The position numbers and the translations under genes are program-made. Shown one piece after another: positions 21,700 through 33,994 of a stretch of DNA of 62,933 bases; the stretch's first letter is position 1, and each line of letters opens with the position of its first letter. The notes beneath the pieces were generated by a model. It was given only the letters and a program-made list of their open reading frames with translations. It made no database searches and was not told the DNA's origin. Where the stretch lies: assembly GCA_030167865.1 (NCBI GenBank), contig JALAGF010006708.1:1-62933 (forward strand), read 5' to 3'. This stretch comes from Craspedostauros australis. Lineage: Eukaryota.

Positions 21700-24600
21700 T
21701 CAGTCGGAATCAGTTGTTGACTCCGTGCCGATGAAAAGCACGCGCCACAGTTCCTCCCTCAGTGCGGATTTCTCGCAGGGGAACGGCTTGAAGGAGAAAG
21801 CATTAGCACCGGCCTCCAGGAACTCTCTCTCCTTATCGTTCGCTGACAGACCGCAGATGCGACAGTCAATCCCCCTGCTCCGCATCTCCACCACAGTCTC
21901 CGTTCCCAGCAGCTGCTTCTCCACGCTCGCCATGTACATGTCAACAAATATCAGATCGAACTTCTCTCCGGATTCCAGCAGACGCAGCGCTGCTTCTCCG
22001 CTCGCGGCTTCTCGCACCCTCCAGTCGGGTGATACGGACTTGATGGAACGACAGAAGAGCTTGCGTAATATGGAATCGTCGTCAACGAACAGGACCGAGC
22101 ACGCTGTGGGCAGCTCCTGCATTTGCACTGCCAGGGCGCCATCCGTGAAAGCTCCAGACGCATCTCGAATTTCGCCGGTCGCAGTGAGCGTTGCCAGAGG
22201 GGCGCTCTTTCTCGAAAACTGACTCCCTGTCTCCATCGGCGGGTCGATCGCTGGTGCCTGCATGTCGATGATGAATCGTGTTCCTGGGTTACCTTCGATG
22301 CCGCTGTTGTAGTTCTCGTCCAGATATATCTTTCCGCCCATGAGTTCTGTCAGATTCTTGCACAGGAACAGCCCAATACCCTGTATAAAAATTGGCGTTG
22401 GAATTGCCATTGCAGTTGATGTTGTTTGTTTGTTTTGTGTTTGAGGGCGGGACACGAAGCAAAAATCAAGCATGTGATGCCAAAGGAAGATGCAACAGCA
22501 GCAGGATTCTCGTGAGTCGGATTGTTCCGTTGAAATGTGCATCTCGCAGTATTGAAGGTGTATGATCCAACATATCCATCGTCATCGTCATCGCCAACAA
22601 CAACAACGAACCCAGTAGCGACAAGAACACATTGGTTGCACTTACGGTTCCCTGCGACAGCACATCCAGACTCTCCTGGAATTTAGAGAAGATCTTGTCT
22701 CGTTTCTCCTCCGGAATACCGCATCCCGAGTCATCGACCGTCAATTGAACGATGCCATCCACCTCAGCAGCCCGCAACCGAATGAAGCCTTCCGAAATGA
22801 ACTTGCAGCTGTTGCGACCCAGATTCAGAACGACCTGTTTCAATCGCAAGCTGTCGGCCATGATGAAGAGATTGTCAGGACATTCGACAAGGACTTCGAA
22901 CCGGCTGTTGCGTTGATGGAGCATTCCACCCACTGGCTCAAGAACCTATGGTACGCATCCCAATTGAATTTTGATGTGTGTGCGCATTTGCATTTGCATG
23001 TGTTTGAGTAGACGAAGCAATACATTGTGTGAGGCAAAGTTCGGCGAACGCAATATCATGGCACAACACAAGAGCACAGCAGAATGGCTCGTGGACACCC
23101 CTGTTTGTACAATATCCAGTCACAGTCATAACACCACTTACATCATGCAGCACATCCGTTGGTACCATCTTCACTTTCAGTTGCTTGTTCGCCGCCCTGT
23201 GCATGTCCAGCATGTTGCCTGTGATGAAATTGCGTGGAATTGGGAGTCGGTGAAGAGTGCAAAAATGCAAAAGAAGATGTGTGAGTACGTCGCGTCCGTT
23301 TGTAGGTTTACAGCTGTGCATACTCTGTCTCTCTCGCTCGAGAACCACAACGTGACACTCCAACATGCGACATCGGCGCAGCAACTTACGCAGCAGATCG
23401 TTCACAAACTTCAGAGAATTGTCAATGATTTCCACATCCTCCTTGACGGAGGTTCGCGAAGCGGCGTCGGCCATCGGGTTTGGTTTGTTGACAGCTGCCT
23501 TGACGAAGCTGCACGCCGTCATGGCGGCTGACACAGGGTTGCGAACCTCGTGACCGATGAAGTCATTGAGCTCTCGTTCCGCCTATCGTTGCGTTGAATG
23601 AAGGAATGTAGCGCGGCACCAAACATGAGACAGAAGCAAGTGGGTGGTGAGTGGAGAAGCAATGGAACGAAGAAGTTGGCGTACCACAGTGTGCATATGA
23701 GATCATGGCTTTGCATTGCGGCAACTCGCGCAGCCATTACGGACATGACATGGACGACCACACGCGCACGCATTAACAATATATCATTTCCGAACTCACC
23801 CGCGTTGCCTGCCTCGCGTTCTCGAGGATCAACGACGCCTTCTCCGCTTCGTTTTGTGACCGCAAATTGTTGAAGTGTTCCACTCGTCTTGTGGTGGTCA
23901 TGACCCAAAAGGCGAGGAAGGCGCTGGCAAGGAAGGTGATGACGCCGCCCACAACGACAAAGATCAGATTGGGTTCGTACTCGCCGTTGGATGGTATCAA
24001 GACGACGAGCCACTTGCGATTCGCCACGCTGATCTCTTCCGCGTAATGCAAACGATGCCTCTTCAATGAATCCACGGATGCGCCACCGAGGAACTGGAGG
24101 TCGTCGGTTTTGCCGTCGGCGACGACAGCGCCCAAGAAGCTGCGCTCCTCCGAGTCGGAGCCTTGTACGATCGTCGTCGGTCCTGCCATGTCGTAGAGGT
24201 AGACGGCTGAGTGCACGTTTTGTCCCTCGACGGCGCTTCCGAGCAGGCTGGGGATGCAAATGACGATGCTCGCCACATCCTTGGGCCACGTTTCGTTGGA
24301 TTTGCTTTGGATTGTGGTGTTGACACCGGGGTGGAAGAGCACGACGCCGAAACTTTGGTCGCCAGCCGCGCCACAACGATCGTTGAACTCGAGGTCTTGG
24401 ACGAGCAACAGACGTTCCGTGACAGCCGGCCGGCCATTGTCGAGGCTGTAGGTAAGCGAGGCTCTTCGCGATACGTGCGAGTTGTAGTCCAGGTCTATCG
24501 CGTTCTCGTTGCCGATGATGGGCTCCATGTAGTGGATGGGGAAGTAATAGTCTTGCTCGGATCGTGACGAGGTGGGGCTCGTTGGGCCGTCCTCGAAGCC

Positions 24601-25323
24601 AACAAACCCCTTGTAGGTGAAGTGGGGGTAGTTCTCTGCGTAGTACTCGCGTGCTTCCTGTTCAAAGGCAGGACGTTGGGCACGCGTGACGTTGGGATCG
24701 AACTGCACAGCCTTAAATTCCAACCCGGCATCCACCAAGTACTCGTAGAGTTGGCGGAAGTCGGAGCGATCAAAGTCGGTGCTGGAACAGTAGTTGTGCA
24801 CGAGGGATGCTGCCGTGACGTACTCCTGGAACTGCACGTGCACGGTCTTGACAAGGTCCTCCGCATTGCGCTCGAACTGCACCCTTTGCTGGGAATGCGC
24901 CGAGGTGATGCCTATCGACAGCAGGGCTGCGGAAGATATGATGCCCAGCACGAGGATGAGGCCCATGATGACAGTGGTGTTCTTCCATAGATGGAAGTGA
25001 AGCAACGTGGAGACGATGCTATTGTTCCCCTCCTGCGTGCTGTTGTCCTGCTGGCGCAGCTTTTGCTGTTCGTTCTCCTCGTCCTCCGTCGTCATGACTG
25101 AGTAGATGGAAATGTGGTTTCCGGAACCGATACGGTCGGGGCCAGTTGCATTCGATGTTGAGAAGGACTTTGGCTTTGACTTTGACTTGCTAGCCTTGTC
25201 TGTGCCGCGATTCGAAGATGACGCACCGAGCTCCGGGTCATTTCTCGATGTTTCCTTGAGGGAGACGACGTCCACAATAGACTCGTGACCCGACGTCGAG
25301 TTGGCCTTGAAGATGTTCATCAT
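21700..25323 (-). CDS. Hybrid histidine kinase: TM-CHASE-TM-HisKA-HATPase-receiver, 5 exons
   Basis: Exons 25323-23800, 23582-23390, 23218-23142, 22945-22646 and 22380-21700, all GT-AG and phase-compatible. CHASE YFPIHYMEPIIGNENAIDLD; H-box NDFIGHEVRNP; N-box QVVLNLGRNSCKF; G1 DDSGCGI; G2 QGTGIGL; receiver VDDD...IFVDMYM...FKPF. Confidence 0.92.
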
Positions 25324-27437
25324 GGTGCCGCTCTCGTCGTTATTCTCGCTGTTGCTGGTGTGTCTGTCTGTGGTGGTGCGAAGTCCCACAGTTGAGTTAG
25401 AGCGGAATGCTGGTTAGAATGTCGGTTTGGATGTGAATGTGGAGGTAAACGAGATTGGTTGCCTTCAGGAGGTCCAGGTCGAGATGAACGAACAGGACCG
25501 AATCGAGTGGATGGGCTCGCGTTGACACGAGTTGTGAAGGCTGTTCCAGACAGCGGGCTGCGGCTGGAGATGATCGAGAGTGACGACAACCCGAGCTGTG
25601 GAATAAAGTGCAGATGGTGGCTGGCTGAGGTGAGGTGAGACCGTGTCTTTGTGCACAAAGCTTGTTGTTGACAGTGTTGATGTTGATGATGATGACTGCC
25701 ACCGCCTTGTCGAGAGGGCAGGCAGATACTAATACTGCACCGTTTCTGTGGGATTCGATCGACAATTCCTTGCGTTTTGTGGGAGCGACCCTTTCGCCCT
25801 TTGGTAGCAGGCGGATGGCTACAAATGCAAGTATAAATGCGAGTATAGTGCTCGTGCTCCAACTGGTGCTCTACCTCGTGCACAACGCAGCGAGGACCGA
25901 GAAAGCGCGAAGAGAAGCAAGGACTCTTGCCACAAGAGTTTCTCGCTCGTCTCTTGTGATGTTGAGTGCTGTTGTGCTGTGTGGTGTAGTAGCGCAGGCG
26001 AACTTGGAGTTGTCTCTTTCGCTCGGATAGTGGCGCCGTTGTGTGTGTGTGTCTGTGTGTGGGAGCCTTCTCTGTTGCTGGTTTGGATACGCTCGGCGTC
26101 GACTTTGATGCGGAGGAGGTGCTGAGATGCCTAACGATTCGTTGGGGAGACGGTTGGGGAAGATGGAGACCCACGCAAAGTCATCAACGGCGTCTTTGGA
26201 GGAGGAGGCTCGGTTTGGATTCTTCGTTCTCTGTCCGTCTCTGTCTTTCCTTGATTGGTGTTGTCTCTCTTGCCTCTTCCGTCGTGGTTGCTTTCCTACT
26301 CTATCGCGCTGCAGCAATGATCCACAAGTGAGAGAGACCTCTGCCCTGAGTTGCGCGTCCTTTACTGTGCCGGTGGGTCCTCTGCTCTGTGATGTTTCAC
26401 AGGATTCGTACGACTATCGATGTCCGATTGATGTGCCTCTGTCGTCCTTCTTGTCGCTGTTGTTGTTGTTGTTGCCAGTGCTGGTTGTGGTGGTAACGTG
26501 CTCGAAACAGCTGCGCTTTTCTCGATGGGCCGTGTCTGGGGCTCTGCGGTGGTTGCCACTTGCTCTGCGGTTGTTGCCTGTGTCTTTGGTTGGAGCAAAC
26601 CGATTCCTCCCTCCTCCTCCTCTCGTGTGTGTTGTGTTTGGCACGAACGATTCCCCTTTCGATCTTGGTCTCCTCCTCCTCCCTTCTTGTTGTTACGTCT
26701 GCCAGTGCCTCTCTGCTCTGTGCGTGCTCATGGCTGCGCAAACATCGCGCCTTCTTTTGCAGTCGTCCGTGTTCACACGCAACCTCTACCACATTCGTTC
26801 CAGGGTGCCAAAACCACTCGGCGAAACTCCTCTCCGGCTATTTCTTAGCGTTGCTATCGTGTGAATGCAACATCGCGGGATCATAAGCCCTCTTGTGTTC
26901 CAACGCTTCCAAACAAAGACTGCGCAAAGAACACGTGGACGAGCCTACAAATCATCTCGACAGTACACATGCACACACGAGTGGGACACGCATGCGACAC
27001 GATGAAGCCCAACAGATACGCGAAATGGGGGAAAGCGCAATACTGAACACGTTCACAACCATTCCACAACTGGCGAAAAGTTGTTAAATGTTCTTGAAAC
27101 ATCAATGTGACAATGAATTTCACCGTGGTTTGGTTGGGCCCGATGTCGTTGGACTCATCTAGTCTCTATTTCCACATTGATGTTTCTGAGTTCTGGCACG
27201 AAACAGACAAAGCAGATGGGTCTTTTTGCTCCAAACCACACAACAAAACAAGGGAGTGGAGATGATGGACTCATCCGACTGAAAAAGAGGAAGTTTTGGC
27301 GCGAAAACGGATGACGAAGAAACTTCATCCTTCGTTTTGAGCGTGAGAACAATCACAAACACAAACACGCACAAACAAACAAAGATGAATGGAAACATCG
27401 ACGACATCAACAGGCAACGTGAACAGCAACATCCACG

Positions 27438-29327
27438 ATGGCCACGATGAACATGATGAACATGATGGATACCAACCAACAACAACAACGCATCATCCTG
27501 CTCTTCGATTTGGACTGCTTCTACGCCCAATGCGAGCGCGTGCGGTTGCAGCTGCCGGCGGATGTTCCCTTGGTGATGTTCCAATGGAATTCGGCGCTGG
27601 CTGTGTCGTATCCCGCGCGTGATCAGTTTCACATCAAACGAGGAGACTCGTGGGACGAGGTTGCCGCCAAGTCCAAGAATAGATGCTGGCGCATTCATCT
27701 CCACGTGCTGGATGGGAAGGACAATGGCGATCAGCCCCACGGTGCAAGCCAAGGTGATGCTGATGACGACAACGTGGACAACGGCGAAAATCCAGTCGAA
27801 ACATCGTTCCGACAGATCTACCGACCCTCCGAATCGCCAGCCTACTATGCCAAGCTGCAGCGCAAGGACAACGGGCGTCGACGATACCCTGCGGAAGGCA
27901 AGGCCTGTCTGCAGAGGTATCGCGTGGCATCGCAGCACATCTTCCAGATCGTCCTGGAGTCTCTGTCGCAGCTCATCGCACCGCAGTCCTTGTTCACGTT
28001 GGAGCGTGCGAGCATCGACGAGTTCTACCTCGACATCACCGAGTACTGTGCACGCAGCGTGGCTTCGGGCAAGACAGGACAGCAGACAGCCGGAAATGGC
28101 AATGCCATTGACGACGTGATGACCAGCACTGAGACTGACAAATCAACACGGATCGTCGGAACGAACTCGACGCTGCAACAGCTCCTGCAGCCGACGCGCA
28201 CGCACGACCACCGAGGCGCCGCGCATCATGCGCAACTCGGCATGTATGCACACGCCTGCAAGGTATCGCGATGGATCCGCCAACGCGTTCTGGACGAGCT
28301 GGGATTCACCATGTCCACGGGGATCAGCTGCAACAAGACGATGGCCAAACTTGCCGCCTCGTACGGCAAACCGGATGGTCAGGCATTATTGCTGCCATCA
28401 CAGTTTCCGTACATTCTGCGCAATACCAAGATGCGCAAGCTCCGAAATTTTGGTGGCAAACTGGGCAAGCGCATGGCGACGATCTATCAGGAACAGGTCG
28501 GCACAGTGCAAGACGCGTCCGCGATCACCATGGCCGACATCGCCAACCTCTCGTTGCCGACATTGCAACGCGCCTTGCAATCCGCCGAAACTGCCCGGTT
28601 CGTGTTCTATGCTTGCCGCGGGATCGACAAGGAACCCGTGAAGGGGACCACGGGCGCGCTGGTCAAGTCCATCACGGCTTTCAAATCCTTCTTTGCAACA
28701 ACCCACCTGGAGATCCTTCGCAAATGGATCGCGGTTATGGCCAACGAGATTGTGGCACGCGTGGAATTCGACAGCCAGCACAACCAACGGTATCCCAGAA
28801 TCTGCACCCTGCATTATCATTACGTGCACGTCAACGACGACCACGAGGACGGGTTGGAACCAGATCACGGGACATTCCAAAAGAGCCGGTGCACGAAATC
28901 CATCCGCCTCGCATTCCCGCATCGCACATCGCCCAACAAGGCAGACGAGCTGATCCAGCTGTCCATGCAACGGTTACAAACCGTTCTCAAAGAACACGAA
29001 GAGTCCATCGCCATGTGCCGCTTGGGATTGGCGGCCAACACCTTTGTGGGCAAAGAAGCGGCCTCGATCGATCGATTCTTGACGCAACAGTCGTGCAGTG
29101 CGTCCCCCCCGACGACTGCGCCTCTCCACAAAGCTGCATCACAGGCCCCCTCTCCATGCAAACGACCCTACGATGCCGACTTGGAGATGGCCAAGAAACT
29201 GCAAGCTGCATTCGATCGTGAGAACTACGTCCTGTCCACGTCCACCAAGTTCAAGACGAGCACGACGACGGCCAAACCGAAGCGAGCCAAAACGCAACGA
29301 ATCGATTCCTTCTTTCGGAAACGATAG
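27438..29327 (+). CDS. POLH: Y-family DNA polymerase, eta-like
   Basis: FDLDCFYAQCE, LAVSYPAR, RYRVAS, ASIDEFYLD, GISCNKTMAKLA, KPDGQ, FGGKLG; C-terminal PIP box QRIDSFF. Confidence 0.88.
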   Translation: MATMNMMNMMDTNQQQQRIILLFDLDCFYAQCERVRLQLPADVPLVMFQWNSALAVSYPARDQFHIKRGDSWDEVAAKSKNRCWRIHLHVLDGKDNGDQPHGASQGDADDDNVDNGENPVETSFRQIYRPSESPAYYAKLQRKDNGRRRYPAEGKACLQRYRVASQHIFQIVLESLSQLIAPQSLFTLERASIDEFYLDITEYCARSVASGKTGQQTAGNGNAIDDVMTSTETDKSTRIVGTNSTLQQLLQPTRTHDHRGAAHHAQLGMYAHACKVSRWIRQRVLDELGFTMSTGISCNKTMAKLAASYGKPDGQALLLPSQFPYILRNTKMRKLRNFGGKLGKRMATIYQEQVGTVQDASAITMADIANLSLPTLQRALQSAETARFVFYACRGIDKEPVKGTTGALVKSITAFKSFFATTHLEILRKWIAVMANEIVARVEFDSQHNQRYPRICTLHYHYVHVNDDHEDGLEPDHGTFQKSRCTKSIRLAFPHRTSPNKADELIQLSMQRLQTVLKEHEESIAMCRLGLAANTFVGKEAASIDRFLTQQSCSASPPTTAPLHKAASQAPSPCKRPYDADLEMAKKLQAAFDRENYVLSTSTKFKTSTTTAKPKRAKTQRIDSFFRKR

Positions 29328-29624
29328 AAGCTGTGAAGGGATTGTTGTGGAGTTTAATTTGGCCGAGAATCGATTTTGAATTTCTTTGTGGCAGAGTTTA
29401 GTCGTAGCTCATTTGATTAGAATAGAGGAGAGTAGAACCATCTGGATGTCTTGGGGCTGTTGATGTTGCTGTTGTTGTCACGCATGTAGGAAGGTAATCA
29501 TCGTGCGTTCATCTATTCATCCGTTCATGCGTTCATGTACTCATGCATGCACAGGCCATCGCGTCATGAAGTGTTGTAGCACCATCTGTACGACCTGCTC
29601 GCAAGTATGGGACTCGATAATAGT

Positions 29625-30029
29625 CTACTTCTTGCGACGCTTGAGCGCATCCGTTTGTCCTGTGCCCCAAGAAGAGGAATCCCGGTCCTTCATCTCCTCG
29701 AAGGCTTCTTCACCGCCCTGCAACGCCAATGGCAGCAACGCCGTGGCGATGACGAGCACGCCACCCGCCCAGGCAATTCCGATGGGCGCGTTGACGGCGC
29801 CGTATTCGTAGTCATCAACTTCCTCGGCCAATGCCACGAGCGGGGATGTCGCGATGGCAATAGGGAGGGTGGCGATCATCTTTCCGATCTTGTCCATCGA
29901 TGGCATGGCGTTCGTCTTGGCGCTGGAGGATGTCTTGCTGAGGTCCAACGGCATGAAGGCCGTGGCGGTCTGGGCCATCATCATCAGCATGGCGACGAGG
30001 GCTGTCAGGAGGGAGTTGCGTGCGATCAT
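29625..30029 (-). CDS. Small plastid, probably thylakoid, single-TM protein (134-aa precursor)
   Basis: Signal peptide plus ATA-FMP, a second hydrophobic stretch ending in A-L-A, then EEVDDYEYGAVNAP, one TM helix and a charged tail. Confidence 0.8.
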   Translation of the reverse strand: MIARNSLLTALVAMLMMMAQTATAFMPLDLSKTSSSAKTNAMPSMDKIGKMIATLPIAIATSPLVALAEEVDDYEYGAVNAPIGIAWAGGVLVIATALLPLALQGGEEAFEEMKDRDSSSWGTGQTDALKRRKK

Positions 30030-30465
30030 CGTTGTGTGTGTGTGTGTGTGTGTACTGTGCACTATACTTGATATGGTAGCAAACGCAGGAGACTGTAGAG
30101 TATGATGGATGCGGTTGGTATTCTGCCCTCTTTGGAATTTGTGATTGGTGTCAGCATTGTCGGTGCACGCACGATCTCCATCATCACATCATGGTGGACG
30201 ACGCATTCGTTCTCTTTTGCCACTGCCGTGGTGGATGCTGTCGATGTTGGTGATTCTCGTTGACACGCATTTCATCCATCTTGGAATTCTCGATCTTTGT
30301 AAACGTCATGGGCTGACTAAGTCTCATTTCTGGTGATTGAGATGGACACCAGGCTACTTGATTCTATCTAGAGGTCGCCGTGTTCTATGCAGAAAACGAC
30401 TGTTGGCCTTGCTTGTTCGCTTGCGCGAGTACATCTCCCCGACTGATCCCTTCCTCCAAGCACCG

Positions 30466-31820
30466 CTATCCCTTGTTTGCCGTATTCATCAACTTATGCC
30501 TCAGATCGTGGTTGATGTAGGCAGATAGCGCATTGGATACCTCACGTTCATCGTCCAATGTTTCTTTGAGGCGGGGAAATTCCCACGCCCACAATCGGGT
30601 GTGATCTTTCTGCACGATCGCATCGGCCGATGCTGTTGCTGGCGTGCATGTTTTGCAGGTGTCATCGGTGCTGATGTCTGCGTCGTCACTGCTGATTCTT
30701 CTGTTGTTGTTGCGATTTCCAGGGGATTTACTCTCGTCGTGGTCATCGCAGTGCTTATCATCCATACTGTAGGCGAGGAATGCCATCTCGCCAATGAATT
30801 GGTATGGATACAGAGTTGCAATATGTTTCCCATCGCTCTGAATCGAGACCTCGCCATCGATGAGTAAGTACCTGCGTTTGATTCATGCCGTGTGGTGATA
30901 TGCGTAAAGATGGAGTTGAGTGTGTGAGGTGTCAAGAATTGTGGAATGCGATGCTCTGGGGAAAGCTGAATGCTCAACCATTTTGCAACTAGAGTAGGGT
31001 GGAGTAGAGTGAAGTTGATGACCCGATGACATCTCGCGATCACAATTATCAGCGTCTCAATCGAACAAAGGAGGCAAGGGGGCAGCATTGATTGCCTGTC
31101 TCGGTAACAATAGGGTACTCACAGCAGCCTGTTCTCCTTGCCTTTCACAGCGATCCTCGTGCCTTCCTTCAGCTCGGCCAACGTGCCGGCTTGCATCAGC
31201 TTGTTGAACTCCACCTTGGAAAATCCGCGCGCCTCGAACTGTGCATCGCTGTAAATCTGCGCCCATTCCTGTGGCATGCGATTGGCCTCGTCGCGTTCCG
31301 CCAGCAAATGGAGGATCATCACCGCGTTGATGGCCAGCAGCAGCACATTCCATCGGATAGGAATCCAGAGCGGGGCCGGTCGGTAGAACTGGAACAGCAT
31401 GCTCAAGGATATCCCACCCATTGCCAGACCTCGCAGCACGAGAATGTCCGTGTTGGCGTAGGCCGCGGTGGCACACACGAAGGACATGTGTCCGCAGATT
31501 TCGGATGCCGACATGCCGAAGGTTGCCATCGTCTTGTTGTTCATGAGGGGGCTGGCGTTGTCCATGATATGATCGATCACCTTGTTGTTGCTGTTCGCAG
31601 ACGACGAAGATGCTGTCGGAGTCGCCGTCGTCTTGGACATTTCCATTTGCTGCGACTTGTTTCGCACTTTCATCCTTGTGTTCTGTCGTGTCCAGCCTGC
31701 GACATCATTGCGCCCAAGGCCGAAGTTTGTGGCTTTCGGCTTGCTGCCTCTTGCCAAGGAATGGATGTCAGACCTGGAGTAGCGCTGGAACTGTTGCGCG
31801 ATGCGGATCTGACGCAACAT
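30466..31820 (-). CDS. Popeye-like membrane protein with cyclic-nucleotide-binding domain, 2 exons
   Basis: Exons 31820-31123 and 30871-30466. Three TM helices (DILVLRGL, WNVLLLAIN), then F..RGFSKVEFNKLM, LYLLIDGEVSI and YQFIGEMAFL. Confidence 0.82.
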
Positions 31821-32287
31821 GTTGTTTGGATTGCATGCAGGAGCGTATGTGGTGGTGGCGGTACTGTGAGGTGAAGCGAGGCGAGTTGTGTGTTGTTGGT
31901 ATTGTGCTCCAAGGAGGGGTTTTCCGGTTTGTGCTTCTTTGTGTTGGTTTCGTTACCACATCACGCAGTCGGCGGTCACAATCCATCAAAGAGAGGAACA
32001 TCACCATCAATAGCAACAACGGCGAACCCATGAGAACCGTTTGTACCAGTGTGATGGTTGGAGGTATCTTTCCACCAGTTCCGGGTGCTGTGACTTCCCG
32101 CAAATGGCAAGGAAACTCCATCCCTGGACCCCAATCATGCAGCAGCCATTGATTGATGTGCACTCGTACATACTCGCAGACCAGACTACCTGTATCGTCT
32201 TGGCACCTCGATTCATGTTTGCGCTTCTTGTATCATATTATATAATACATACTAGTAGGAGCTACGCCATGTCCAACTCGATGTATC

Positions 32288-33994
32288 TCAACGCATCGGC
32301 AGGTGACGATCAGGCGATTCCATGGCCATGATCTGCCTCTTCAAGTCACCCGTCAGAAAGCCAAACGACTCCATGGCCCTCATCACTTCATCTTCCTCGG
32401 CTTGCAGTCTGTGCACATCTTGGTGCACAGTCTGCAGCGCATTCCTGCACTCGTTGGCCGACAGTCGCAACACATCACGCCGCGCGTATTGCCAATCATC
32501 GACATCTTGCTGTATCAGGTAATGGTACATGCGCTCCGCATCTGAGGATGTGCTTTGTGCCTGCGACCCGTTTCCATTGGTCGTCGCATTGCCGCGCGTA
32601 TCCGTTGCGGACCCGTTCGTCTGTTCATCACGGGACAGGTCTGCGACTCGCGATACTTCATCCGATCGTGTGAGCAACGCAGCATGGAGCGGGCTGTCAT
32701 GAGCAGGAGCAACTGCATGTGGACGCAACGATTTCGCGTGCCGCAGCATTTCCAGTGGATGCACTTGAGGTACTTCATCCAAACTCCCTTCATCCTGCCA
32801 AAGTCGCTTTCGAAGATGCGCGTTGTATGCCACCGTCCCATTGATCGTGCCCAACTGAAGCTCGTCCCATGGATGGTAGTCCCGCGAGCGGCGTGCTTCC
32901 ATTGGTCGTTTCCGGTTTGCGCGATCTTTGACGGTAGTATCGCCACTCACGCCATTGTCTTTGTTGTTGTTGCTACTGCTGCCGCCACTGTTGTTGTTAG
33001 TTTTTGCATTGAAATGATCTGTTGTATCCATCGCGTCCATCTGATCTATCAGGCCTTGTTCGGATAGTTGTTTGCCAACCTGAGGAGCCTTGGCAGCGTC
33101 AGTCGAGGGTGCTGGTTTCTGTGGCGTTTGATCATCGGTCTTGGCGTGCGTCTCCATGCGATTGGTCTCCCCTCGAACGTTAGCTCCAGTCCTTGGTGGC
33201 GTTTTGCCAGTTTTAGCCACAGCGTCAGTCGGAGTCGCAGACGATGCATACGCCATATTCAAGAGCCGGGGATCCAGCCCAACATGCGTGTCGGGGAAAT
33301 CGTACGTCGGCTTGACCACTTTGTACGACGGTGCCCGCGTCGCTCTGAGGTACTCGACAACCCGATCGGGAGTCAAAGTCTTGATATCCACAGCCGATGG
33401 TTGGGCTAAGTTGTCACCATTCGGGAGCAGTGCCTGCCCCTCGGCCTGATGCTTCGCCTCGTTGGCCATCGCCGCTGCAACTTGCTTCGCTGCGGCACTT
33501 GCCAAAACGGCCGCATCCGCCGCAACCTGCCTCGCCTCTTCTTCCATTTCCAGTCGCTGATGATGCCGCTCTTCCCTGCGCTGCATGTGGAAGTTGCCCA
33601 GCGCTTCAATCTCCTTGTCGATGTCATCGTCGTTCGATGTGCGTTCGATCTCCTCGCAGCAACCCAGCATGGAAAAGATGACCAGCTCCTTGTCATCTTC
33701 GGCCTCCGACACGCGCACGAGCCGACGATCGAATCGCAGCTTCTCCACGAGCTGCAGATGCGCGCCGCAAAATCCATTGCGCTTGATCCACTTGTCGCAG
33801 TTGGGATGGGAGCAGGTTCGTTTCTTCGTTTTGCGCGGTGGTGATTTGGCGAGGCCGCTCTCAGGCTTCTTCACTGCAGCACGTTTGCCGTTGCTATTGG
33901 CATTGGCGGCACCCCCGTTGCTGCTCGTCTTCTTTGCTCGGAATGCACCCTTGTCCGGCGATTGATCCTTTATTCTCGCTGCTTTCAATGCCAT
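32288..33994 (-). CDS. Hypothetical, probably nuclear, protein with one C-x4-C-x9-C-x2-H zinc-knuckle-like unit and coiled coils
   Basis: 568-aa ORF; RTCSHPNCDKWIKRNGFCGAH after a basic N-terminus. Confidence 0.7.
   Translation of the reverse strand: MALKAARIKDQSPDKGAFRAKKTSSNGGAANANSNGKRAAVKKPESGLAKSPPRKTKKRTCSHPNCDKWIKRNGFCGAHLQLVEKLRFDRRLVRVSEAEDDKELVIFSMLGCCEEIERTSNDDDIDKEIEALGNFHMQRREERHHQRLEMEEEARQVAADAAVLASAAAKQVAAAMANEAKHQAEGQALLPNGDNLAQPSAVDIKTLTPDRVVEYLRATRAPSYKVVKPTYDFPDTHVGLDPRLLNMAYASSATPTDAVAKTGKTPPRTGANVRGETNRMETHAKTDDQTPQKPAPSTDAAKAPQVGKQLSEQGLIDQMDAMDTTDHFNAKTNNNSGGSSSNNNKDNGVSGDTTVKDRANRKRPMEARRSRDYHPWDELQLGTINGTVAYNAHLRKRLWQDEGSLDEVPQVHPLEMLRHAKSLRPHAVAPAHDSPLHAALLTRSDEVSRVADLSRDEQTNGSATDTRGNATTNGNGSQAQSTSSDAERMYHYLIQQDVDDWQYARRDVLRLSANECRNALQTVHQDVHRLQAEEDEVMRAMESFGFLTGDLKRQIMAMESPDRHLPMR

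Noticed and set aside
25635..26030. 131-aa ORF with a signal-peptide-like start in the kinase/Pol eta intergenic region
   Set aside because: Starts at GTG, the hydrophobicity derives from (TGA/TGT)n low-complexity sequence, and it is antisense to the kinase leader.
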